In this document: in pieces, positions 23,890-37,695 of the stretch
Numbering within the stretch: the stretch's first letter is position 1
Layout of the letters: every line of letters starts with the position of its first letter
Source of the DNA: Octopus sinensis
Lineage: Eukaryota
Reading direction: 5' to 3'
Length of the DNA stretch: 64,000 nt
Assembly: GCF_006345805.1 (NCBI RefSeq)
Contig: NC_043001.1
Span: 24,304,001 to 24,368,000 of the forward strand
The notes under the pieces: generated by a model
Database searches by the model: none
Seen by the model: only the letters and a program-made list of their open reading frames with translations
Told to the model about the DNA's origin: nothing
Program-made: the position numbers and the translations under genes

Positions 23890-25429
23890 TTATTCAATAA
23901 AATCAGCATTGGTTTCAATCACAGCCTCCAGACGACTTCGAAATCTCCTGCAATTCTTCTTAGCAGTCTCCTTGTTTTAAGTTGGTGAATGCTACCATAA
24001 TCCTTGCCTTCTGTTCATAATGCTACCATAATCCTTGCCTTCTGTTCATAATGCTACCATAATCCTTGCCTTCTGTTCATAATGCTACCATAATCCTTGC
24101 CTTCTGTTCATAATGCTACCATAATCCTTGCCTTCTGTTCATAATGCTACCATAATCCTTGCCTTCTGTTCATAATGCTACCATAATCCTTGCCTTCTGT
24201 TCATAATGCTACCATAATCCTTGCCTTCTGTTCATAATGCTACCATAATCCTTGCCTTCTGTTCATAATGCTACCATAATCCTTGCCTTCTGTTCTAATG
24301 CTACCATAATCCTTGCCTTCTGTTCATAATGCTACCATAATCCTTGCCTTCTGTTCATAATGCTACCATAATCCTTGCCTTCTGTTACAAGGAATTTTGT
24401 TGGTCTCTTGTTCAACTGTGCCCTACACATAATAATCAAGGGAGTCGCAGTCTGGGGAGTTAGATGGCCATATGTTAGGGGTGATGTGGTTTCAGAAATT
24501 GTCTGTCAGCCATGACTGGGTTCTCCTGTTTGTGTAGCATGGTGCAGAATCCTGTTACCAGACATAGGGTCTTCCAGCAGCCACCCTCTTCACCCATGGC
24601 AGCACTACCTCCTCCAAGCACTTGATGTAGGCCTCCATGTTGATTGTGAGGCCATGCAGGATGATGAATGGAGGCATAACATCATTTTCACTAGTGATCA
24701 CTCCAAACACCATGATGTTCAGTGGATGTTTGATTTTTATCATTCTTGGTACATGTTTTGGGAACACTGTAAGTCAACGGTTGTTCTGTGAGTTCACCAT
24801 CTGATCCTGGCAGAAATTTTTCTTGTCTGAGAAAAACCAAAGCATGTTCAGTTGGAGGGGATGCTTGAGTTTGTTCAAAAGCTTTGTAGCACAGTCTTTC
24901 CTCTTGTCCTTGATGGCTTCGGGTAAAAATTGGCCCTTTCTCATCTTGCATGAAGAATACCAAATATCTTCATCCACTACCTGCCTGATAAGAAACTCAG
25001 ATTCTCCCATATCCCTGGCAATGGACCTGATTGATGGAGGGATTGTTGTCAATCATGGCCTGGATCTCACCAACAAATTCAGGAGTTCTTTTCTGAAGAG
25101 AACAATCAGAGTGTGTTTTCTGAGCTGTCAGACCTTCGTAATCATCATTAAACTTGTCCAACTCTTTCCGAATCCTCTGCACTGTCCTCACATTGACAAA
25201 CAAACACTCTGAAATGTTCGTATTGGAGCTTCTGGCATGAATGCCAAGCAGTATAACATGTTGCTTCCAAATTTGTGGCAGAGTGAATTGTGTCATGGTG
25301 CTGTTTTTTTCTCACAGACAGTGCCCAACTGACCCTATTATACAGTGTATTCAACAAAATCAAAAACAAACAATGCACATGCATGAAATTAAAAATATAA
25401 AATAGCGATAATTTACCCATCGCACCCTG
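23890..25429 (-). mobile_element. Tc1/mariner transposon relic, DD37D (maT) type; transposase pseudogene about 25296-23890
   Basis: TA+CAGGGTGCGATGGGTAAATT end at 25431-25410; frameshifted ORF with WFFSD, MVFGVITS, W*QDSAPC..WPSNSPDCDSLD (37 residues between 2nd and 3rd D by manual count) and RFRSRLEAVIE..FIE*. Other TIR not found. Confidence 0.9.
23988..24386. repeat. 31-bp minisatellite, ~13 copies, inside the transposase
   Basis: Unit ataatgctaccataatccttgccttctgttc, almost invariant (one 1-nt deletion). Confidence 0.97.
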
Positions 25430-25703
25430 TATGTGTGCGTGTGTGTGTGTGTGTATATATATATTTTTTTATAAATAAGGATAAGATCGTTAATTTAAAA
25501 ATAAAATAACAATTCTATCAAGTGGTCAGCATGGAAAAAATAAACTTCAAAGGTAATAAAATTATAAATTAGGGTATCTACGAGATACCAACATGCTGAA
25601 AATAGCAGCCATGATCTGACTCTAAAACCACCTTAATTGTCCACATATCAACACGGAGAGAAAACAAAGAGACAAGATGAAGCTAGTAAAAAATTACTGG
25701 ATA

Positions 25704-25762
25704 ATTCTAGATCCCGGATTTCTGGCTTTGCATTTAGTAATGCTTTGCCTCGTCAGTAGAAT
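25704..25762 (-). ncRNA. Type I hammerhead ribozyme motif, near intact
   Basis: ATTCTA-CTGACGA-GGC aaa GCATT acta AATGC aaa GCC-a-GAAA-TCCGGGA-TC-TAGAAT: 6-bp stem I, full core, AUC site; one extra A before GAAA. Confidence 0.72.
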
Positions 25763-26554
25763 ACACACAGAAGAGAAACATAAATACATATGCATACATA
25801 TATTTATATATCAAGTGATCAATCAGACTATCAGATGTTGTTACACATCGCTGATCACGCTGCATTTTGGTTTGCATCATTTTAGGCTTTGAATGATGCC
25901 ACCTTCCTGGCTAGGCATACAGGTGGGATGTGATTGCAATTCTGTGTGGGGAGATTATGGGCTCATTAAAAATGTTGTTCATATTCAAAGGGCTAGGGAA
26001 AATATTAACTTGTTTGGAAACAGAAGAAGGCTGGTACGAGGAAGGGCATCAAGATGTAAAGAATCTGCTTCTACAGTCTTCATCAGATTCATTCAAGCAT
26101 AGAAAGTTGCACAATGCAACGACAATGATGATGTCGATGAAGATGATGAATTGTATGTCTAAATACAGGTTGATTTTATTTACTAATATATGTTGTATAT
26201 ATTGTCCATGTATATAGTGTTTTTCTATAGATTTTGAGTGTTTTATATTTATGAAATAATCATCATCATCATCATAGTTTGACGTCTGCTTTCCATGCTA
26301 GCATGGGTGGGAAAAATGGTGATTAACTTTATTTAATTATACTTGGCAGTCTTTGATATGAAATTATATTTTATTTGTAAATAGGATATGTGTAATTGTG
26401 AGCACAAAGGAGTTTTATAAGTGTATAATAATATGGCATTGAGTGCACACATCTACTGCCAGCGATTAAGTTGCTTTTGTTCAGCACGAGAGGTCAAGGA
26501 AATTTTTCTTACAAGTATATATAGCAAGAGTACTGCCATAACTCTCATATATCA

Positions 26555-26960
26555 TCATCATCATCATCAGTTAACGTTCGTTGTTCATGCTGGCATGGGT
26601 TGGACAGTTTGAGTGGTCTGGCATGCTGGAAGGCCACACCAGACTCTGTTCTGATTAGGCATGGTTTTCTACGGCTGGATGCTCTTCCTAATGCCAACCA
26701 CTCTGAGAGTGTAATGTGTGCTTTTATGTGCCACCGGCATGGGTGCCATTTGCGTGACACTGGTATCTACCATGGCTGTGACTTTGCTCGGCTTGATGGG
26801 TCTTCTTCTCAAGCATGATATAATGACAAAGGTCTTGGTCATTGGCTCCGTGAGGCTCAACACTTTGGCCCAATGCTCAAAAGGAACTCAGCCACTTTGC
26901 CTGCATGAGGCCTAAGTCCTAATACTCAAAAGGAACAGAACTAATTTGCCTCCGTGAAGC
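26555..26960 (-). mobile_element. RTE 3' end with aggcccaatgctcaaaaggaac subrepeats
   Basis: (cat)n tail; similar to 38812-39390. Confidence 0.75.
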
Positions 26961-27597
26961 CTTGATATATATATCTCCTGAACGTATATATATATATATA
27001 TGTAAATGTCAAATAATGAGATTGAATGCTGTACATCACATTGGTGGATAAAATTTCTTCATTTGTGTATTAAGGCTACAATTAGTTTCATTTTGAAAAA
27101 GTGTGTTAATATCTTAAGAATGTTTTAAACCTGTCACATAGAGGAATGGTGTTCATTTCTATATATATTTTTGTGTGTGTGCATGTATATATGTGTGTGT
27201 GTGTATGTGTGTGTGTGTGTGCATGTATGTTTATATATATGTATATGTGTGTGTTTGATTTTACTACATATACATACACAAATAGACATATATATAATAC
27301 ATATACATATTCATATACAAGTTCACACACACACTATCATCATCCTCAATGTCACGATCATCGTTTTAGCATCTACTTTTCCATGTCTGCATGGGTTACA
27401 ATTTGTTGAGGTGACTTTTCTCTGGCTAGATGCCTTTCCTGTCACCAAACCTCTCCTGTTTCCAAGTAAGATAATATTTCCAGATGACCAGACAAGTTTT
27501 CATGGAAAATTGAAAACAAAGTCTTGATAGCATAAATTTGGACTTCTCATTAGTTTGCAATAAACATTTTTATTTCCACAAATCTTTAACACTATTA

Positions 27598-27821
27598 CTC
27601 TTTTACTTGTTTCAGTCATTTGACTGCGGCCATGCTGGAGCACTGCCTTTAGTCGAGAAAATCGACCCCAGAACTTATTCTTTGTAAGCCTAGTACTTAT
27701 TCTATCGGTCTCTTTAGCCGAACCACTATGTTACGAGTACGTAAACACACCAGCATCAATTGCCAAGTGATGTTGGGAGGACAAACACAGACACACAAAC
27801 ATATACACACATGTACATATA

Positions 27822-27869
<48 letters not shown>

Positions 27870-28032
27870 CATATATATACGACGGGCTTCTTTCGGTTTC
27901 CGCCTACCAAATCCACTCACAAGGCTTTGGTCGGCCCAAGGCTATAGTAGAAGACACTTGCCCAAGGTGCCACGTAGTGGGACTGAACCTGGAACCATGT
28001 GGTTGGTAAGCAAGCTACTTACCACACAGCCA
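27598..28032 (-). mobile_element. SINE family A
   Basis: Reverse complement of 13070-13477. Confidence 0.87.
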
Positions 28033-28360
28033 CTCATTAACATCTAACCCAAAGTTAACCTGCGAACTGTGGTTTCCTCTTTCCTTTCCACCCACCAGTC
28101 TTGGAGATCCAGAAAATGTAATGAGCATTGCATTTCCTTCTCTGCTAAGCCTTAAATAAAACTAGAAAAAAAACAAACTAACAACAAAAACAGTTTGTAT
28201 TTGTCAAGATGAATTGACAGAAAAGAATTAACAGAAAAGTGATAAGAGTGGATGAGCAATTGTAGTCTACAAATGCTCATGATAGAAGTAGGGGAGGCAA
28301 AAATTGACATGATATTTGGGATGAGTATAATGATGATTCTTAATAAACAGTGGGCATATA

Positions 28361-28782
28361 GGCAAAGGAGTGACTGTGTGGTAAGTAGCTTGCTTACCAA
28401 CCATGATTCCGGGTTCAGTCTCACTGCATGGCACCTTGGGCAAGCGTCTTCTGCTATAGCCTCGGGCCGACCAAAGCCTTGTGAGTGGATTTGGTAGACA
28501 GAAACTGAAAGAAGCCCATCATGTATATATATATATTTATATATGCATATATATGTATGTGTGTGTATATATTTGTATGTCTGTGTTTGTCCCCACAACA
28601 TCGCTTGACAACCGATGCTGGTGTGTTTACATCCCCATAACTTAGTAGTTCAGCAAAAGAGACTGATAGAATAAATACTAGGCTTACAAAGAATAAGTCT
28701 TGTGGTTGATTTACTTGACTAAAAGTGGTGCTCCAACATGGCTGCAGTCAAATGACTGAAACAAGTAAAAGAGTAAAAGAGA
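28361..28782 (+). mobile_element. SINE family A
   Basis: Full head to tail; faces the minus copy at 27598-28032 head to head. Confidence 0.87.
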
Positions 28783-30609
28783 GTATAATAGGAATGAGTT
28801 TTATACATACAGAATCAAAAATCAAAAACATCATGGCCACCCATACATACAGGCATGTCCTATATGGCCACAACTCTACCTTCCCATCACACACACACTC
28901 ATGCATAATTCTGATGTCTGGCAAAACCTACCCACAATCCATCTCCCCGAAATCCCCACCACCTACTTCATTCTCCTCCACTTCCTCTCACCATCACTTG
29001 CTATCGCTAAGTGTCTCCCACCACACTCTTATGGAACATCTCTACCTTCTCTGTACTACTTATCCTCCCCCTACCATTGTTCTCTGTGGGTAGGCACTTG
29101 TTCTCTCACTGACTGTCTCTATGTTTCACTCTAACTCTCTCCCACCTCTCTTTTCATCCTTGTCCTACTGGGGTAGCCAAATATTTCCACAGTGGTAAGA
29201 CAGCTAACCCTGTTCCCCTATCATATGCCAACCTCTGCCCTGGCACATGGCCACATCTCTCAAGTGAGATCTTTTTGTCTTGAAAGCTATTTGTTGACCC
29301 CAAGGGTGCTGGTGTCATGTAAAAAGCACCTGTGTTGGAACCACAAAAAAAAAAGCACCACATGGTACCACATGAAAAGCACTCATGCTGGCATCACATG
29401 AAAAGCAGCTAGTACACCCTGTAAAGAGGTTGGTGTTAGGAAAGGCATCCAGCTGTTGAAACAATGCCAAAACAGATAACTTGAGCATGGTGTAGCCCTC
29501 CAGTTTGCCAGCTCTTGTCAAACCAGCCAACACCTGACAGCATGGAAAACGAACATTGAATGATCAAGATGACTCATTAAATGTTTAACTATTTATTTTA
29601 CATAGTTTTGAAACCAGTTATTAATGTGTATAATTAAAATAAAATTCCATTTAAGACATTCAGGACACTGTCCAATCATGTTTGGAATATTTACAATCAT
29701 CTCTGCATTATTTATTAGATCAGATTCCCCAAGGTGAATTGCCTTTACAGTAAGAACATGAGTAATTTTCTATTAGTATATATAGTATATTTAATTTATT
29801 TGAAATGAGAATAAATAATGTTGGTTTCCTAATTATGTACTAATTGCATTTAATAAATGCATAAAGTTATACTGAAACTGTTTATATAATTCTGAAGAAC
29901 TGTCATACAGAACTAAATAGCTTATTAAAAGAAAAGAAAGAAAGCCAGTCTGAGGAAATTGCTGATGATTTTTGTCAGCATAAAAGGTCCGTAAATTAAT
30001 GAAACAGCATAAATTTAAGTAGTGTAAGGAGAGGTGACAGAAATTTATCAGCTATTAGAGCTGTATTATGATTTCTTTCACTGAGACACTCTGTCTTGTA
30101 AGGTGGTGAATTAATATAGTTGCTTGAGCATTGGATAGAATACCTTGTGGTATTTGTTATGACAACATTCTCGGTTGAAATCCAGCCAATGTCATCTTTG
30201 TTTTCCATTTTTATTTTTGGTGGTGTAGGGTGGAGTGGAATAAAAAAAGGTTTCAATCCAGGTAGCTTGGCAGAACTGTAGAAATATCAAACTAGATACC
30301 TTGCAATGTTTGTTTTCACTTGTATTTTGGGTTCAAATCCTGCAGTAGCTTGCTTTGGTTGTAGACATAATCTGATGCCTAGTTTAACACAACCACCTGA
30401 CAACATGAGTACCCTCAGTAGAGTCCACTCTGTTACAAGTATTCAGGCCAGGATCCCTGTTTCAGGATATCTCCTTCCTTCTCTCTCACCGGTCTGAGAT
30501 GCCCTACAAAGAGTCATGGGCACTGCTTTCCCTCCTGACCAACAGATTAAAAAAAAATAATAAGTAAAAATTGACTCTCAGAAGACAATAAACTAGCAAC
30601 CTTTTCTAC

Positions 30610-30812
30610 TATAGGCACAGGCCCCAAAATTTTGGAGGAAAGGGCAAGTCGATTACATTGACCCCAGTGCTCAGTTGGTACTTATTTTATCGACCCCGAA
30701 AGGATGAAAAGCAAAGTCGACCTCAGCGGAATTTGAACTCAGAACGTAAAGACAGACGAAAAACCGCTAATTATTTTGCCCGGCGTGCTAACGTTTCTGC
30801 CAGCTCGTCACC
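30610..30812 (-). mobile_element. SINE family B, short-tail variant
   Basis: Reverse of ggtgacgagctggcagaaacg..gagttcaaattccg..tcctttcggggtcgat. Confidence 0.8.
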
Positions 30813-33044
30813 AGAAGATGATTCTGCCAGCTCGTCAACATACAGAAAAAAAAAGAAGAGAAAACAAGTAATACAACAGAGCAGAAGATCATAAAAACGA
30901 TGAAGCTTCTAAGAACTTCTTTAATGCATATTGAATAAATGAGTTGCGTAAAAGAAAATAATATAAAAGTATTAAAAACATTTACGTTTTGGAAAAGCCT
31001 TTCAAATCCAGTTTACTTTATATATTTAGAATATTTAAGAATCACAAGAATATTTATTACTTGATTTCGCTTTTTGCTTTAATAAAATTAGCAATTAACT
31101 CAAACAAACCAGATTGTTGTTTTCTGACACAATGACAGATGAAATCTTTTGTGACATATTTATTGATGAAAAATGATCAATGCTTTGTATTGAACTCAAG
31201 CTGAATCAAATAACAATGAAAGATAATCTAAAGCAGATATTAAGACAAAAAAATACAATGAAGATATTCAGTGCCCAGCTGTTTGGTACTTCATTATTGA
31301 TATACAATTTTGATTGTTTTCATATGACAATAAATGCATAAACTAATATTTTCTCTTTCACTCACACATTTTCAATATATTAGCTGTCGGACATATATCT
31401 ATTGATGATTACATTATAGAAATGGTCGTTAAACAGAACACAGTTGCTTAATTATTTGTTTAACTTGACCTAAAAATAAGAAAACAATTCATTACTATGT
31501 ACTAATTGTTTTACCTTTATGTTTTGACTTGGACATTGTTGCTAGCAACTGCCACTGGAGAATTCATAATTTTCCTTTTGGAAAATATAAAGGACAATTT
31601 CTGGCAAGCATTTCTGTTGCCCTTTGCCATTATTATTATTAAGAAAGATTTCAAACTGGTCGGACAAGTTTGAGCATAGATAACTAATACTTGTCTTTTA
31701 TCACAATAATTAAGATGGTATTGTTTAGAAAATGCTTATGGTATTGTTTAGAAAAGAATGATGGACAAAGAAAATAAGAATTTAACCTAGGCTATTCATA
31801 GAACAGGTAACTTAGTGCTTGACCTACACTTCAGATCCATTGTAAAACTGCAGATATCATGTCCCAATTGTGATTATATAGAAACACTCTGTAGTTCACT
31901 GATATTGTTCAATGTATGAAACAAGAAAGACAAGTAAAGAGGGATGAGGATTTCCAATCTCTGTATACAAAACGGTGGCAGAAATCATTCACTTTTATTA
32001 CTTATTTTTAACTAAGTAATATGAATTAGGAAAGTTAAGTAAATGCCTTGCTGAATGATACATTCATGGTACCTATGACAAGATATTACAGAATAACTAT
32101 AAGATTTTGATCATAACTGTAGGATTCTATTTTAGTATTCAATTATCTTAGTGCAGTTGTCTTTCCCTACTCTCAGAAGACTCTTAAGCAACGACTCTGT
32201 CATTTTAATTGCACAGCTATCATACATCACACCAGAGGGGCATTAAGCTAAAGTTCCGCTAATTGCTCAACAGTATCTTTGAGCACTTGAGAAAAGTGAA
32301 AGCCCAATAATATTTAAAATATTTTAATTAATTTCTATTTATCAACAAAAAAATTTTAAGTGTCCAGGAAATAATTTTCTGCTTATGCTTATAATATTTT
32401 TTACAGGAAATATAAGAAATGTTTTAGTATAATTTGTCTCAATTTCTACTTTTTCATTCTCTACTACAATCTCTATTTACCTCCTCCCATTTTGTTCTTT
32501 TAAAAATAGTCTCTCTTTCCTTTTAATACTTATAATATTGTTCCTTCCCTTTTTACTTTCCACCTATTTTTCTCTATCTCCTTGCTATCTTTATTTCTTT
32601 TCAACCCTTCTTTCCTTCTGTCCACCTTTATTTGTATTCCATTTTCTTTATTTCTATTTTCCACTTTTGTCTACTTTACATTATCTTCTTCCTTTCGTTC
32701 CATCCATATTGTTCTCTCAAATTATCACAATGACTATTGATTCCCACAATTAAACCTAATCAATCCCTGGCCTGCTTTTGTCAATAAACATACTATCTTA
32801 AGAGTTTGGCCAAAGGATTCAAAAGCGCCATTATTTCCAACAAACATTATTTCCAACAAAAGCACCATTATTTCCAACAAACACTCTCTTCTATTAATTA
32901 ACCTATTTTAATTTTACTTTTCTGTTCAACTTGATTTGGTTTTTATTCCTTAGCATTGAGTCTTGTAACACACTCAGTGCTTGCTGCTACTCTTAATTTT
33001 TTTTTTTTTGTTTTTACTAATATTGGCACAAAGCTTGAAATTGC

Positions 33045-33232
33045 CGGTGACATGTAAAAAGGGGACACTACACTCTCGGAGTGGTTGGCGTTAGGAAGGG
33101 CATCCAGCTGTAGAAACTCTGCCAGATCAAGATTGGAGCCTGTTGCAGCCATCTGGTTTGCCAGCCCTCAGTCAAAATCATCCAACCCATGCTAGCATGG
33201 AAAGCGGACGTTAAATGATGATGATGATGATG
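33045..33232 (+). mobile_element. RTE 3' end
   Basis: Canonical 3' motif and (tga)n tail. Confidence 0.8.
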
Positions 33233-34615
33233 GTATGTAGTTGATACCAATGACTTTAGTACTGGATTCATACTTTGTTTCATTGATCCTGAAAGGATGA
33301 AAAGCAAAGTTGATCTTGGTAGAATTTGAACTCAGAATGTAAGGAGCCAGAAGAAATATCATAAAGCATTTTATCAATGCTCTGTGCTCCTAATATTAGC
33401 CATAATATCACAATTTCATAAACTACAGTTGTGGACCTTCTTAGTCAAGAATCCTGAGGCAAATGACAGAGTAGTGGAAAGTATGTGCATGCAAGTGTGT
33501 GTGTTTGTGTATCTATGAATGTACATTTATCTGTATGTTTTGTGTGTGTACATTCTATAGTGGTTACACAACAGTATATTGACAAAGACTGTTCATCTTA
33601 ATTTGGGAAATATTGTTAGATTGGTCAATGACACATAAACTTTACATTCATTCAACATTCAAGAGATGTAGTTCACCATTATAATAAAGAAATCCAATTA
33701 AAAAGATTCAAACACACCAATGCTGGAAGGCATTGTTGTAAACATGTTCACACATTATTAGAACAATGTAATCAAATTTTATAAATCAGACTTACCTTTC
33801 CTAAAAGTAGCCTGATCGTCAACCTCCACATAATCATTTAGCATCCATGTTCCATGCTGGGTTGGATAATTTGACAAGATCTGATGGTTGAAGAAGAATA
33901 TTATACTCCAGTGTCTGCTTTGTCATGGCTTCTACAGCTAGATGTCCTTCTTAGTGTCACCCACTTTACAACATGTACCGAATGCTTTTTTTTTTTAACC
34001 TGTAGCACCAACGCTAGTAAGGTTGTCATACAGCATGCAAGACTAAAATTCCCTTCGATTGAGAGGGGCTATGGTTGAGTGGAGGAGGTGCAACTTTATA
34101 CTAGGAGATGAGAGGTCAAAGTATGAGAGAAAGGTCCCAATCAAAACTGGTTTCTTGCTACTGAGGTGCTACATGGCTATTTGCATTATAGAAAAGAATG
34201 GGGAGTGACTTGGATAGATGTTGAATGAGATAAAATAGTAGTGAAGAGATGTCAAGGTGGACCCTCAAGGTAGGAGGTGATATCAAAAAGTTCCTGGACT
34301 AGTTATGTTTAATAAAAAAAATAACTTATTTACCTGAGTTTAACATCATCTTCGAAATAGTCACTTTGTACAGCAATACACTGGGTCCCAGTGTTCCTGC
34401 CACTTTGGGAATTTGGCAGGGAAGTTGTTTTCTGTGAGTCGAGGACCTTCTGCAATTTGCTCTTGACCTCAACAACAGTGTTAAAATCCACTGACAAGGC
34501 TTTGATTGGTCTGAGGTTTTAGTGAAAGACACTTGCTCAAGGTGCCACACAGTGGAACTGAACCCAGAATCTACATCCCTCACTTTGTCTGTATATGTAA
34601 ATTACTGTGCATGCA

Positions 34616-34648
<33 letters not shown>

Positions 34649-34679
34649 ATATGTGTGTATGTGTGCATGGGTGTTTACC

Positions 34680-35165
34680 TCCAGCACCAAACCAGCACCA
34701 TCTTGGGAAAGAGATGGGAGCCTGCCAGTGTCAAATCTGGCAAATAGGGTGGGGTGGAAGTGACACCACTTTTTTGCTGAGAAACTTACTAGTGAGAAGA
34801 GCTTGGTGAAAAATCTAATGCTTTTCACTCCACAGATCCAACTATTTTCGATATATATCCTTCCTCAAACACTTCAGAAGATCACAGTAGAACTCTCATT
34901 TGATGGTCTGGCCATGGAGAATGAATTTTCAGTGCACAATACCATATTCCCAGGGAGGACACTTGCAGCAGGTCTTCCAGATTGCTCATCATCGTCCAGG
35001 GACATTCTTCAATTTTCGAAGAGCCCATGACACTTGAAACATTGCATACAACTCAATACCTGATTGCCATAAGCTTGCCGAAGCATGCTCAATGTCATGG
35101 TAGCAGACTTCCCAAGTTTAACACAAAATTTCATGCTAGCATTTTGTTCTTGACTATGATATAAT
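34680..35165 (-). mobile_element. Internally deleted mariner transposase relic
   Basis: EQNASMKFCVKLGKSATMTLSMLRQAYG...DDEQSGRP (mariner HTH) and PYLPDLTLAGSHLFPKM (YSPDLAP-like). Confidence 0.78.
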
Positions 35166-35177
35166 TGTTGACTACAG

Positions 35178-35612
35178 CATACACATACTCTTTTACTTGT
35201 TTCAGTCATTTGACTGTGGCCATGCTGGAGCACCACCTTTAGTCGAGCAAATCAACCCCTGGACTTATTCTTTGTAAGCCTAGTACTTATTCTATTGGTC
35301 TCTTTTGCCGAACTGCTAAGTTACGGGGACGTAAACAAGCCAGCATTGGTTGTCAAGTGATGTTGGGGAGGGGGGACAAACACAGACACACAAACATAAA
35401 CACACACACACACACACACACACACATACGTATATATATATATATATACATACATATGACGGGCTTCTTTCAGTTTCCGTCTACCAAATCCACTCACAAG
35501 GCTTTGGTCATCCTGAGGCTATAGTAGAAGACACTTGCCCAAGGTGCCACGCAGTAAGACTGAACCCGGAACCATGTGGTTTGTAAGCAAACTACTTACC
35601 ACACAGCCACTC
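35178..35612 (-). mobile_element. SINE family A
   Basis: Reverse complement of the family A sequence. Confidence 0.87.
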
Positions 35613-36204
35613 CTACTGATCACAAAATCACAAATTTCACAATTTTAAAAACAAAAACACAGCAATGTCATTCAGCACATTGACTCTTGAAGATCACTGC
35701 TAGCTCTCACTGCACATGCAACTGTGCTGCCATCTGTTGGTGCACTACAGAACTAATCTGGGAACTAATTGATACCACCTTGTATAAAGTGAATAACAGA
35801 GTAGAGAGTGCGGGTGATTATATTTCAAATATATATCACACTTATCCATTCATACACATCCATTCAGTAGATTGTATAGCATTGAGCTGAAATCTTAGAA
35901 AACTGTGTTGTGTTCTAATTCAAGGCAGATAACTCTGCTTGCCACAGTTTGTCTAGATGACAAATGATGAACTTTTGTCTTTCATTTCACAATTAATCAA
36001 TCAATTAGCAACTGGAGGTATACAGAACTGTGGAAATACTTTACTCAGCAATATGTAAATGTCAAACTTTGGCTGAACATTCCAGCAAACATAGACATTT
36101 CTATGATATTCATTAGTGTGAGGAATAAAGAGTTGTATAATCTTTTTCAATATTTCCTAACAATTTTAGTAACTGTTGAAAATTAGATTAGTAGTTGACT
36201 TACT

Positions 36205-36598
36205 CTTCTACTTGTTTCAGTCATTTGACTGTGGCCATGTTAGAGCACCACCTTTAGTCAAGCAAATTGACCCCAAGACTCATTCTTTGTAAGCCTAGTA
36301 CTTATTCTATCGGTCTCTTTTACCGAACCGCTATGTTATGGGGACGTGAACACACCAGCATCAGTTATCAAGCAATGTTGGGGGGTGGGGACAAACACAG
36401 ACACACAAACATACACACACACATATATATATATCCATATATACGACGGGATTCTTTCAGTTTCCATCTACCAAATCCACTCACAAGGTTTTGGTTGGCC
36501 CATGGCTATAGTAGAAGACACTTGCCCAAGGTGCCACGCAGTGGGACTGAACTCAGAACCATGTGGTTGGTAAGCAAGCTACTTACCACACAGCCACT
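36205..36598 (-). mobile_element. SINE family A
   Basis: Reverse complement of the family A sequence. Confidence 0.85.
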
Positions 36599-36929
36599 TA
36601 TTTAACATCAGACATTTTAAAGTTCTTCTTGTTTTCTGCCCATCTCTTTCTCTCTCTCCCTCTCTCTCTCTCTTTCTTTCTTTGTCTGTATATGTATATT
36701 ACTGTGCATGAATGTGTGTGTGTATGTATATGCATGAATGTGTGTGTGTGTGTGTGTGCATATGTGTGTATGTGTGCATGAGAGTTTACCTCCCGCACCA
36801 AATCAGGCCCAGCATCAAATCACCAGCATCCAATCAACATCCAGATAGCATCCAAACAGCTGCACTCATTCTCTTCATTCTGATCATGTTTGCATCCTCT
36901 TGTCTTCTACTTTATATTCTTTACTTTTA

Positions 36930-37292
36930 ATTTGTTTCACTCATTTGAGTATGGCCATACTGGAGCACTGCCTTGAATAATTTAAGTCGAATTAATCGAC
37001 TACAGTACTTATTTTTTTCTTAACCCAGGTACTCATTCTATCAGTCTCTTTGCAGAACCGCTAACACCAGTTGTCCAGCAGTGTCAGGGGACAAACACAG
37101 ACACAAAGACACAAAGACACACACACACACACACACATATGATGGGCTTCTTATTTTAGTATCCATCTACAAAATCCACTGACAAGGCTTTGATTGGCCT
37201 GAGGCTATAGTAGAAGACACTTGCTCAAGGTGCCACACAGTGGGACTGAACCTAGAACCATGTAGTTGGGAAGCAAACTTCTTACCACACTA
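36930..37292 (-). mobile_element. SINE family A, older copy
   Basis: Diverged reverse match. Confidence 0.75.
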
Positions 37293-37307
37293 CATTATTA
37301 TATATAT

Positions 37308-37695
37308 TGCCCACAGGGGGCTAAATATAGAGGGGACAAACAAGGACAGACAGAGGGATTAAGTCAATTGTGTCGACCCCAGTGCATAACTGGTACTTAT
37401 TTAATCGACCTCGAAAGGATGAAAGGCAAAGTTGATCTCAGCGGAATTTGAACTCAGAACGTAACAGCAGACAAAATACCTATTTCTTTACTACCCACAA
37501 GGGGCTAAACACAGAGAGAACAAACAAGGACAGACCAATGGATTAAGTCGATTATATCGACCCCAGTGAGTAACTGGTTACTTTATTTATCGACCCCGAA
37601 AGGATGAAAGGCAAAGTTGACCTCGGTAGAATTTGAACTCAGAACGTAACAGCAGACGAAATACCACTAAGCATTTCACCCAGTGTGCTAACCAT
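37308..37695 (-). mobile_element. SINE family B dimer
   Basis: Plus strand aaatacctatttcttt near 37480 is the same junction as in the other multimers. Confidence 0.85.
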
